A stretch of 64,000 bases of DNA. Origin: Bilabrum cf. latius (Eukaryota). How positions within the stretch are numbered: position 1 is the first letter of the stretch; every line of letters begins with the position of its first letter. A program made the translations under genes and the position numbers. Below, one piece after another: positions 21,401 through 31,768 of the stretch. Location: NCBI GenBank assembly GCA_965178125.1, contig OZ237735.1:248001-312000 (forward strand). Direction: 5' to 3'. The notes under the pieces are model-generated. The model ran no database searches and was not told the DNA's origin. It was given only the letters and a program-made list of their open reading frames with translations.

Positions 21401-22998
21401 AGCAGCAGGGGGTACTACTCAGCTTCTGTCGGTTTCTCTTGGTCGGGCCCTCGCTGCTTGTGCCTGTGAGGATGGGGCTGGTGCTGGCGCTGGCGCTGGT
21501 GCTGGTGGACCTGCGCGGGGGCCTCGTCGATGCGCGGCGGCGTCTCGCCAGGCGATTTGATGCGACCTTGCGCGCCGCCCGGGAAGATTTCCAGCGTCTC
21601 AATGCCGTCGTCATCACCGTCATCGATTTCAGCTGCGTTGCCATCCTCGATGATACTGCCGCTGGTTGCGGTGTTCACTCCACTGCCGCTGGTTGCGGTG
21701 TTCACTCCACTGCCGCTGGTTGCGGTGTTCACTCCACTGCCGCTGGTTGCGGTGTTCACTCCACTGCCGCTGGTTGCGGTGTTCACTCCACTGCCGCTGG
21801 TTGCGGTGTTCACTCCACTGCCGCTGGTTGCGGTGTTCACTCCACTGCCGCTGGTTGCGGTGTTCACTCCACTGCCGCTGGTTGCGGTGTTCACTCCACT
21901 GCCGCTGGTTGCGGTGTTCACTCCACTGCCGCTGGTTGCGGTGTTCACTCCACTGCCGCTGGTTGCGGTGTTCACTCCACTGGGGCTAGGAGCCTGCACA
22001 GCACGCCCCTGGCCCTGCCCCTTGTCCTGCTGCTAGTCCTGCCTGCTGGCTTCCTACTGCTGCTGCTGCTGCTGCTGCTCTCCAAGGGGCTCGTGCAGCG
22101 CAATGACGTCTTCTACTTCTTCTACTAGTACAGCGGGGACCGGGTCAGGCTCCTCGCCGTGCCCCCCCTCCTCACCCTGCTCCTTGCCATTCGTCGCGAT
22201 GGCCTCGTCTGCCTGGCTGCGTGATCTTCCCGCTGCCTTCTCGTTGTCGGCGTCCTGTGGCTAGAGGGCTGGGCGTGTCCGCGGCGACTCGGGTGCGCCC
22301 GTCGCTACGAGGAGTCCTGCCTACTAGCTGCCTCGCTCGTAGGCGTCATCGCCGGGGGACGATCGGCGCGATGTGGTTGGACCGCCGTTCTACTGCTACG
22401 GGTGTACGTTTAAAATCTTGGCTTGGGCGTGGGCATGCGCCTGCCCACTCTTTTGCCCTTGCGAGCGCGCAGCTCGGTCCGCGTGCACGACGTGCGACGA
22501 CTGCCCGGGTTCGACGCGGTCCCTGTTCACGGCAGACTCAACTGCTTCAACAGCATCAACTGGGCCAGTACTATCCAAACTTTGCGATTCGTGGCCGCCG
22601 GATCTCTTGCTCTCCTCGTGGTTGTTGCTGGCGTCCAATTCAAGTTGCGAGCTTGCAAGCTTCTGCGTTTCGCCTCTGGAATTGGCATACTCGGGTCCAG
22701 CCACGAGCACCGCTTGTTTGACAGCCATTCTTTCCCTCTTGGATTGGCCGTATTGACCATGCATCGCAGCAGATTCGCGTGGTTGGCCAAGCGATGCGGT
22801 AGGCACCAGTTCTGGGACATCTTCAACTGGTTCCAAAGAGGGTTCGTCGGCACTAGGCTAAAGGTTACGGTTAAGAAGGGATATTGTTTCTTTTTTCGAG
22901 GGTTCTGCTGGCTCATTAGGTTTCATTCCAACGGAATGCCCGCAGGCCCATGTGGACAAGCAACAAAGGCCAACGAGAATGCTACAAGCCAGTCGCAT
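12460..22998 (-). CDS. Giant single-exon predicted type I membrane protein of unknown function, ~3,512 aa with 19 in-frame TAG
   Basis: Eight listed ORFs (12637, 15178, 16294, 18346, 19003, 20785, 21415, 22396) share one frame. I read the gaps and found only TAG. Signal-peptide-like MRLACSILVGLCCLSTWACGHS at 22998, hydrophobic helix at ~21300-21360 followed by CCC, Pro-rich tract at ~14280-14900, TGA at 12460. Confidence 0.8.
14475..15050. repeat. Coding internal duplication (~14560-14715 vs ~14890-15050) with (Pro-Ala)n hexamer runs
   Basis: GPDMPDAGVVAGPGSAA.WASDPQGSLGGYTSSVSGLGGLSTGD.NRGATPAPA occurs twice, beside (GCAGGT)n and (GCTGGT)n arrays. Confidence 0.85.
21655..21981. repeat. Perfect 27-bp coding minisatellite, ~12 copies (GSGVNTATS on minus strand)
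   Basis: ACTGCCGCTGGTTGCGGTGTTCACTCC tandem, no spacers. Confidence 0.95.
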
Positions 22999-23854
22999 TC
23001 GCGCCAGCCACTCGCTTGGATCAATTCAAGACACCACTGCGATGTACAACTTAGAAAGCTGGAAGCTCAAGCACGGCTTCTACGCCTTCAAAAGCCGGGT
23101 GGCAAATGCTGGAGGCTGCGGTGCGAAATCTTGGCGGCTTGGCGCACGATTTGGCTTACCAGGAAGGTAGAAACTGGTCGGGTGGCACTAAGTTTGATGT
23201 GATCTTAGAGCACGCTTCGTCCTCAGGGTCTGGTTGTGAATCGAGCACTGCAAGCAGTCTGCTTATTGGTCGGGGGTGGCGTGCACTGCACGTCCGCGCA
23301 AAAAAATTTCAACCTAGGTCTAGATCTATCTCCCGCACCAGCTGCAACATCTTGCCGCGACTACGAGCGTTGAACTGATCTCGCTGGATTCATTGTTTGT
23401 GCCGCTGGTCTCGTTGGCAGCTGCCGTCTGCTTGCTTGGAAGCATCGAGATCGTGAGACCCACGCAAAAGCCTGCAGGGCCGCGCTGCACTTAACACAGA
23501 GTCAACAGAGCATACATTGAGTGCCAGACTTCACTTTAGCAAACCAATGGAGGACTGCCTAGGCGTCTGAATCGCGGAAAGTTCATCCGCAGCAACGGCG
23601 ATGGCGGTCTCTGTGGATCTTGTCGATGATTCCAGTGACGCTAGCAGCAGCGGCAGCATCAATAGCGAGTCGGACAGCACAAGCTCGCGGTGCAAGTCAA
23701 ATAAAGCGGTGACGGAGCTTGGTGGTGACCGAGAGGCCGTGGCAGTCGCGGGACAGCCAGTCCGCAGCAGCAGTGCCGCTGAGCACCCTGCCGCCAGTCA
23801 CTCTGTTGGTCCACCAAAGAGTCGGCGATAAGCATATCCAGCGCAGAGGCAAAA

Positions 23855-23886
23855 CAATTAGTCCCTGGTTCGATTCCGGGTGTCGA
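23855..23886 (+). pseudogene. Isolated 3' fragment (32 bp) of tRNA-Tyr
   Basis: CAATTAGTCCCTGGTTCGATTCCGGGTGTCGA is identical to 24063-24094. Confidence 0.85.
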
Positions 23887-24023
23887 ATTGTTTTGGCGGG
23901 CTGGGATTCCCTAGAAAAAAAAGTGTCACGAGCAAAGGGAATGAGCGAAGGGAATTCACGACTATGGGACCCATGTAATCTTTCACAGTATTTGTATATA
24001 CACAATCGTACCCTCCCATATAA

Positions 24024-24096
24024 CTCGACATAGCTCAGTTGGTAGAGCGGTTGACTGTAGTTCAATTAGTCCCTGGTTCGATTCCGGGTGTCGAGA
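24024..24096 (+). tRNA. tRNA-Tyr, anticodon GTA, intronless
   Basis: 73-nt cloverleaf: CTCGACA/TGTCGAG, GCTC/GAGC, GTTGA-CTGTAGT-TCAAT, CCTGG-TTCGATT-CCGGG. T-runs downstream. Confidence 0.92.
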
Positions 24097-24379
24097 TTGC
24101 TTTTTGCTCCTGCTAATTTTCTTTTTTTCAAGCAAGCGTCGCGCCGCCTCCCGCCAGCTTCCACGCACCGCGGTGGTGAGAAAGAGCGTCGGCCTCGCTC
24201 ACACTGCTCTGGAGCAGGGATCACTCATGTGCTCGGGCCTTGTGTGGTTCTTTCTGGAGCGTGAGCGTGGAGCTTGGGCACAAGGCCGGGCCTTCTGGGT
24301 CGGCCTCTGGGTGCGGGGGACTGCCTTGTTCTCGGCTGGCTGGCAGGCTTGAGGGACACAGGGGGTGCTGGCGGGTTGG

Positions 24380-24440
24380 GATAGAATTACAATCGATAGA
24401 ATAACAATCGATAGAATAACAATCGATAGAATAACAATCG
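24380..24440. repeat. 15-bp AT-rich tandem repeat x4
   Basis: GATAGAATAACAATC repeated, downstream of the hydrolase stop. Confidence 0.85.
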
Positions 24441-24491
24441 ACGAATCGTGTACATTTCAACGCCACTGTGAGTACAACCAGGTGTACCGGG

Positions 24492-27400
24492 TCACAGCAC
24501 CCACCCGAGCGTCTGGAGCGCGGCATCCACTCTCCGTTGCTCCCTGTTGGGCCACGGTCCGTTGTGACCCGCCGAAACACCCACCGCGAGACCCTCGGGC
24601 CGCAGCGCCCTGTGCGAGTCCTGCAGGGCCTGGATTGCGCCATGCACCGTGCCGTGCACTCTTGCCTCGGGACCAGGATCCTCCCCCCCTCCGTCCTCGG
24701 GGCCATCCTCGTCGTCCCCGCTCGAAACCGACCCGCCGTCGCTGTCCGTGCCGTCCGAGTCCTGGTCCCACGAGTCCAGCCCGTCAGCCCCCCCGTCCTC
24801 CTCCATCGACTCGTCCGCTCCATTGCCGATCACCCCCTCACCCCCGCCCCCATTCCACCCCAACAACCCCTTCGCACGCTTCGCCACCCAGCGCACCGAC
24901 CCCACCCGAGCGCTCAGGGGCAGCACCTGCCCGTGCTTCGTCCTGCTCCCCCCCTCGCGCCCCCCCTCCCCACCAGGCACAGCCCCTCCCCCGTACGCCC
25001 GCGCGCTGCCCCACAGCCCCGCCACCAGCCGCAGGCACCGCATTGCTTCCACCTGCTCCGGCTCTCCCGTGCCCCCGTGGGTGGGCACTCCCCCTGTACC
25101 CCCTGTACCCCGCCCCGGGTGAGAGCCGCGCCCGCCCTCCATGCGGCCCGGCTCGGCCCGGGGCCTCCGGCTCGCCGCTGCCAGCTCGGCTACGGTCATC
25201 GCACTGCGGTGCAGCGCACGCAGGCGCCTCTCCGGGGCGCAGCGCACGTGCTCCGCCACGGCGGCCAGACCCGGACCCGGACCCACTCCCGGACCTGCCC
25301 CAATCCTGGCCCTCATCCCGCGGGCGCCTGTTCCCTGGCCCTCTCCCTCCGTGGGGTTGCCGCCAGCGCCATCGCGCGCAGCAACCCCTCTTGCGTGCGC
25401 CGCCACTGCTGCCTCCCCCAGGGCTTCCTCTCGCGCGAGAGCCCAGGCGCTGACTGCCTCGCCGTCGGGACCCACCCACGGCCATCCGTGCACGAGGCCG
25501 GACGCCAGCCATGCCCGCACCGTCTCTGGGCCCTACCGCACGGCCTCACCCAGCTGCATCCCCAGCCCGTTGTCCACTGCCAGGAGGGCGGCGAGGGCTG
25601 CAGCCGCCCCGTCGCCGTCGCACCGCCGCAGCAGCGAGCCAGCGTACAGCCGCTGCGCCTCCCTGCCCCTGGCGGCACGGCACACGGACGGCCGAGCTCC
25701 GGCAGAGGTGGGGGCCTCGCCGGCTGCGGCACGGGTCGACGACCCGAACTCCGACTATTGTGGCTCCGAATCCGATCGTGGCTCCGCGAAGTTACCACGA
25801 GAGCCCGGTCGCGACCCGGCGGTCACAACTCTATCATCATCTTCGCTGCTCGCGTGAGCTAGCACCCAGCTGTTGTCCGATTGCTCGGCTGCCTCGGCCA
25901 CACCGAGCAGCCCCTCCACCAGCGCGCCCTCGTCCATCGCAGACTCGTTCTCGTTCTCGTTCCTGCTCTCCGGATGGCTCGCACTTCCCGCCGGGTATGG
26001 CTCCAGCTCCTGCATCATGCGGTGGTAGAGCCCGGCGGCACGCAGCGCGGCGCCTGCCTGCCTCTGGCCCTGCGAGTGCTGCCCGTCGGCTGCGGCTGCC
26101 GCCCCTGCTGCCACCGCCGCCGCCTCTGCGGGCCGGCTGGGCTTCCCAGTGCCCTTCACGTCGTCGGCCCGCGCCAGCCCCAGCCCCACCAGCACGTCCG
26201 CCACCTGCCTGCCGGCCAGACCCGCCTGCTTCAGCGCGGACTGGATCACGGCGTCCTCGGTGTCCTTCGCCACTGACCTCGACGGCAGCGCGTGGTGCAG
26301 CAGAGGAGGAAACGGGGCCCGGAGGCGGTCCCCCCAGCGGCTCTTGGGGTCGAAGGGGTCCGCCCGCTCCGCATCCTTCTCCCGCTGGGTGCTCTTGCGG
26401 AATGGCTGCAGCCCGCCCAGGCCGAGGAGGCCCGCGGACTGGCAGGGGAGCGCGTGGTGCCTGTTCCCTGGGGGCCAGGTGCCCCCGAGGGCGTTGTCGT
26501 TGTCTCTGCCTCCAGCCCCCGAGGAGCTGGGCTCCCTCTCGCACTCTCTCAGGTGCACGGCAGCGACCTCGTCCCTGCTGTAGCCCAGTGCGCGAAGAAG
26601 GGCGTCCATCTCGGCGTCGTGCGCGGGGGAGGAGGAGGAGGACGAGGACGAGGACGGAGGGGTGGAGTGGGAGGAGAGACCAGCCGTGTCAGAGTCCGGC
26701 TCCAGCAGCTCCTCGCTGCCGCCCTTACCCCTCGGCAGCCAGTCCTAGTCGTCGTTGTCCTCGCCTGCCTCCAACTCCTCCTGCTGCTGCTGCTGCTGCT
26801 GCTGCGCCTCACCGCTGGTGTCGCTGTCGGCATCCCGCCGTCGCAGCCGGCGGGCGCTGGCGCGGGAGGTCCCGGTCCCGGTGCCTGAGCGGGCGGCAGC
26901 AGCAGGATCAGACACCTCGGCAGCCACCGCCTCCCCCCGTGGCGCTGTTCCCCAGCGCTCTGTTCCCCAGCGCACCCTCTCCTCTGCCCTCCGCTCCGAG
27001 ATCCACCGCGGGTCGTGGCGCCGGCGGAACAGCCCAACGCGGGGCAGCCGCAAGTCGCTCACGGGGCCGCACATGGCCAGCACGTGCAGGGGCAGGAACC
27101 GGTGAGCGCGCGACAGGCACAGGCGGCGGACGGCGTCGTGCAGCCGCTGCGCCGCGGTAGCCAGGCCCCAGGGCCCTCCTGGCACTAGGACGGGCGCCGA
27201 GGGCAGCTTGTTCCCCGGACCCAGCAGGCGCGGGAGGGGTGCCCCACCGGGGAACAGCAGCTCCGCCGTCTCATGGCGCAGCAGGTCAGCTGCCGGCGAG
27301 CCCTGCCCCTGGCCCCGCGCGGCCGCTGCCGCTGCCGCTGCACTGCCCCGATCCGCGTCCTGCTCCCGCCCCGCTCTCAGGCCTCCGTCCATCAGAGGCA

Positions 27401-30130
27401 TCCCCTGCGCGGCGAGGGCGGCCTGTCTCCAGCCAGCCAGCGAGCCGGGCACGGTGGTGGGAGTCGCGGCGGCGCCCACGGCTCGGCCTAGGCCAGGGCC
27501 CGGTCCCGCCCACTCCGGCTGCGCAGAGGAGGAAAGCAGCGCCGCGTGCCGGGCACCCGACTGCCGCAGACGCCTGGAGGCCTCCTCTGCGGCCGCGCGC
27601 CTCTTCCTCCTCCTCCTCCGTCTTGTTGTCTCGCCCCTCGCCCCGTCCAGGGCGGCGGCAGGGGGCGGGGCAGAACCAGGAGGGGCAGCAAGGCTCCCGC
27701 CCGCCTCTCGCGCTGACCCGCCCTGCGCGTGGCACTGCGTTCCCGGCATGGGCACGCCGTCGCCCGCGATCCACGCCCGCGCCGCTTGATCGGCGACCCC
27801 CGCCGCGAGCGAAGCCGGAAATTGGATGACTTCGTCCCCCGCAGGCGCTGCCACCATGATGCGGGGGCACGCGGTCGAGGGCACGGAGACGGCGGGCACG
27901 TTGGAGCGGGTCCATCCCGAGACGACCTGCATGGCCCACTGCGCCCACGCGCCCATCATGTACCTCGCGGACAGCGGCAGCGTGGAGAAGTTCCTGTCCC
28001 CGATCATGAGCCCCACCATCCCCCGGGCGGCCAGCCCCGCTGCCACCAGCCCGCCTATGGACGTGCCGTGGCTGAGGACCCTCCTGGCCCCCTCCTCCTC
28101 GATCAGGTACCGCGCGATGGCAGCACCGTCCGATTCCACCGTGTCCGGGGAGGGGTACCCCGAGGACCTGCCGTATCCCCTGTAGTTGAACACCGCCACG
28201 TTGAAGCCGCGCTCCCTGAGGTCACGGATGGTCGTGTCGTGCGCGTGCATGAGCTCCATCATGCCCCCGTTCGGGTTGGACACGATCACCGTGGGCCTGC
28301 CCGCCAGGTCCAGCTCGGGAAGCCTCGTGGGGCGGCGGCCGCGCGCCGCCTCTTCGGAGCTCGCCGCCCCAGGGGACCTAGCTTCCACGTCTTGGATGGT
28401 CCCAAGGGGATCGGCCACCTCCCCCATGGTGGGGACATCCCCCCACCAGGGCTCCTCGTCCTCGTTGGCGAGCCGCTGCATCAGCGCGGCGCCCTTGGCT
28501 CCCTGGCTGCCATCCGCCTCCCGCTCGTCCACCGTGCCCCGCGGCACTGGCCCCAGCTGCGGCCAGCCGCCGAGCGCAGGCCGGTCCTTGCCCCCGAGCA
28601 CGGGGCTCTGGTTGCTGCTAGTCCCGCTCTCAAGCCTGCGCCGCGCTGCTCTCTTGGAGCGAGAGGAGGAGCCTCCGCCCCCCTCCGCCTCCAGCAGCGG
28701 CGAGGCGCTCTCCCGGCGGAACCGCTCTTCTGCGGCGGTGCCCGAGCCGTCCCGCAAGGACGGGTCGGCCCGCCCGGCGCGGCCGCCGGCGCCCCCGCCC
28801 GCCGCGCCCGTGCCTCGCCCCCCCTGCCTCAAGGACCCCGCTCCGTTGCGGCCACCACCTGATATCGATTCGCTCCCGTGCACTGTAGGCAGCCACAGGC
28901 CCCTCGAGGCGGCCGCCTGGGAGCCCCTGGCACGGACCATGGAGCTGGCATCGGGGCGGGGCGCCTGCGGTGCCGCTGGGATGAGGAGGCAGTCGATGAC
29001 GGCCCCGTCCGGCCTGCGGATGTGCAGCTCCTTGGCACCCGTGCCCAGCCGCATCTCCCTCCGGTGATAGTCCCACCCGCCCACACCGCTGGGGGCCCAC
29101 TGCTCCAGCCACACCCTGTGCATCATCGAGATCGTGTCCAGCACCTTGCCGCTCACCACCACGATCGACCCAAACACCCCAGCATCCTCTTCACTGCCAC
29201 CTTGCCCCTGACCCGGGGCCTGGGCCTGGGCCTGGGCCTGCGGGGCCTGCGCGCCGTCGCCCACCGCACCGGATACCGCCCCGCCGCTCGCCGACTCCTG
29301 CGCCTCGGTTGGCGAAAGCCGCACCTGCACGCCGCTGGGAGCCACCGCTGCCGCGGCCAAGCCTGCACTGTTCTCCGCAGAGTGACCCGGTGACCCGCTC
29401 GAGGCGGCGGCACCCGGTCGGACGACGTCTCGGACGGCCTGCATGGGGGGTGCGGGCCCGGGGAGCGACAGCGAGGGGCAGGGTGCCATGGGGACCGCCC
29501 TGTGGTCCTTGCCGTGCGCATCGTGGAGAGCCCCGTACGTCACGAGCTCCGTGCCCGCCATGGGCTCCACCGTGTAGTCGTCCGGCAGCGCCCTGCCGCA
29601 GCACAGAGGCCAGCCACCGCAGCAGAAGCCCCACCAGCTGGGGCACTCGCCCGCGCAGGGGACGGTGCGCCAGGCGGTGCTGCCCCTCGCCCTCGCCGCG
29701 GAGTCTGCGCCGGTGTGACGAGTGCAGCACGCGCAGCCCGCCGCCCTGCAGCACCGCGCAAAGTCCAGGCAGGGGAGCGCGCCGAGCACGCAGCCCACTG
29801 CCCCTCGGCGCGCGCACGAGCGCCCGCACGACCGGCAACACCCGGCTGACCCCCCCGCCATGCCACTGCCGCTCGCGGTTGGGTCAGCCCGCGCGCCCGT
29901 GCCTTCCTCCTCCTCGTCCTCCTCCAGCCAGTCCCCGTCCCCCTCCGGCTGCCACGCGAGCCACTGAGACGCCGCGACCACGCGCAGAGCCGCCCTCCTC
30001 ACCCGCCTCAAGACCTCTCTGGCGCTTCCCCGCAGCAGCGCCCGCACCTCTGCTCGAACCAGGGCCTCGTCCTCGGGGTATTCGCCCGCGTCCGTGGGGA
30101 CCAGACCGGCCGGCATCCAGGCGGGCGCAT

Positions 30131-30165
<35 letters not shown>

Positions 30166-31538
30166 TGCTGGTGCTGGTGCTACTGCTCGCAGTGCGGGGG
30201 CGGCGGCGTCTGCTCGTCCCCTTGCCTCGCCTGTCTCCTCGCGCGCCCCGCGCTCCCGTCCGGTCGCGGCACCGAGGCCACAAAGGCCCTGAGCAGCAGC
30301 CTGGGGGGCAAGGGACTGGAAAGAGAGCTGCAGGACGGGACTGGTGGCACCAGCGCCGCACCACCATCGGAGGTCGCACTACTGGCACCGCCTTCGCCGC
30401 TGCCGCTGGTCTCCCTGGCCGCCTGCAGGGAGGGGAGGCCTCCCGGCACCTCCTCGATTGCTTCTCCTTCTCTCTCGGGGGTCCGCAGCGGCAGGTGCTC
30501 CTGCTCCACGGGCGGCATGGCGATGGAGGTGCTCGTGGTGAGCACGCCGCTGTAGTGGTGCAGCCGGCGCACCGCAGTGGCCGCGGCGCGCAGCACCCGC
30601 AGCGCGTGCAGCAGCCTGCGTCCCTGCTGGGAGAGTGCGTGCTCAGCCCGGAGACTGGCGAGCGTGTCGCGGGCGGTGGAGATCTGGGTGCATGCCAGGT
30701 CCAGACACTTCGCCAGGCCCCACGCCTCCAGCTCCGCGGCGGGCGAGGGCAGCTTGCCCTGCATGAGGGCCTCGTCGGAGGTCGGGCGGGCCGGGCCCGG
30801 CGCGAAAGGCCCCAGGATCCCGAGCTCTCTGTCCATCGAGTTGGAGGCCGGGGGCGCATTAGGCTAAAGCGTCTTGTCGCCGTTTTCATCCTGGGCGGCG
30901 CCCGGGCTCGCATCGTCGAAGGAAGAGTCCCTCCGGGGGTCTCTCGTCCAGGCGCCGCGCTGCGGGCCCGCGAGCCCTCGCTCCGAGCCCTCCGCCGCCT
31001 CTCGCCACGCAAGCTCGGCATTCTTCGAACCCTGCGCAAATGCAACGCGAAGGGAATCCAGCAAGGCGTCCTGGCGGCGGCTGAACCGATCCTTCTCGCG
31101 TTCTGCGAGGAGGAGGGCCTTCGCCTAGCACGCGACCAGGCTGGCGGCCTTGATGAGCTGCATGCGCCGCTGGAACGCTACTTCTTTCTCCATGCTTTTG
31201 GAGACCAGCGTCACAGACATGGGAAACGCGGCCAGTCGCAGAATGAATCTTGCGAGCAGCAGGACGCCGATCACGAATGCCGCAAGGAAGCCCCAGCCGG
31301 TCAGCACAACGATGCCGAGCTCGACGAGCCCGGCAAGCAAGAAATACACGATGATAGCGCACGCGTACACAGCCAAAGCAATCCAGGGGTGCACTAGGAG
31401 CAGGGTACAGACTGGGCTAGTGGCCCTTGAGCTCCAAGAACGGTAGGGAAGCTGCTGGCTCATGCACCACCCGATTCCGCCGCACGAAGCGGAGCAACAG
31501 CTACCAATGGAACTCATGCAGGTATTAAGACAACTCAT
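24492..31538 (-). CDS. Membrane-anchored alpha/beta-hydrolase family protein, ~2,348 aa with 6 in-frame TAG
   Basis: ORFs 24492, 25755, 26745, 30180, 30864 and 31125 are in one frame, separated only by TAG (also 25533). N-terminal hydrophobic helices, NPNGG, FNYRGYGRSSGYPSP, nucleophile motif GTSIGG, DRNF, and C-terminal GHNG. TGA stop. The exact start Met is uncertain. Confidence 0.8.
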
Positions 31539-31768
31539 GCCCCGTGTGGTGCGCAAGATACAACAGGAGGGACGAGCCAAAGGAGTATTTGTGTGCGACC
31601 TTGGCCATTCGATTCGAGTGTCGAAGGTTCGCTGTGCGACCTCTCGAGCGGAACCTACCGCGCAATTGCGTTGCTGCCGAACGGACCCACCAACTACCGG
31701 CCGATCTACGCCTTCAAGAGGCTCCAGGCATGTCATCGAGGGCTACAGGGTTGTGCACTAATGTAAAA

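Noticed and set aside
21655-21981. CRISPR array
   Set aside because: Head-to-tail 27-bp units with no spacers, in frame within a eukaryotic CDS, and no cas genes.
22054-22056. A-to-I editing (UAG to Trp) or pyrrolysine insertion
   Set aside because: TAG contexts are Gln-like and not at conserved Trp positions, which use TGG. Pyrrolysine is not known in eukaryotes and no pyl genes are present in the window.
23000-23850. Possible gene or gene remnant between the giant membrane gene and tRNA-Tyr
   Set aside because: A minus-strand stretch reads protein-like (TALFDLHRELVLSDSLLMLPLLLASLE...), but I could not build a start, splice and stop model or recognise a family.
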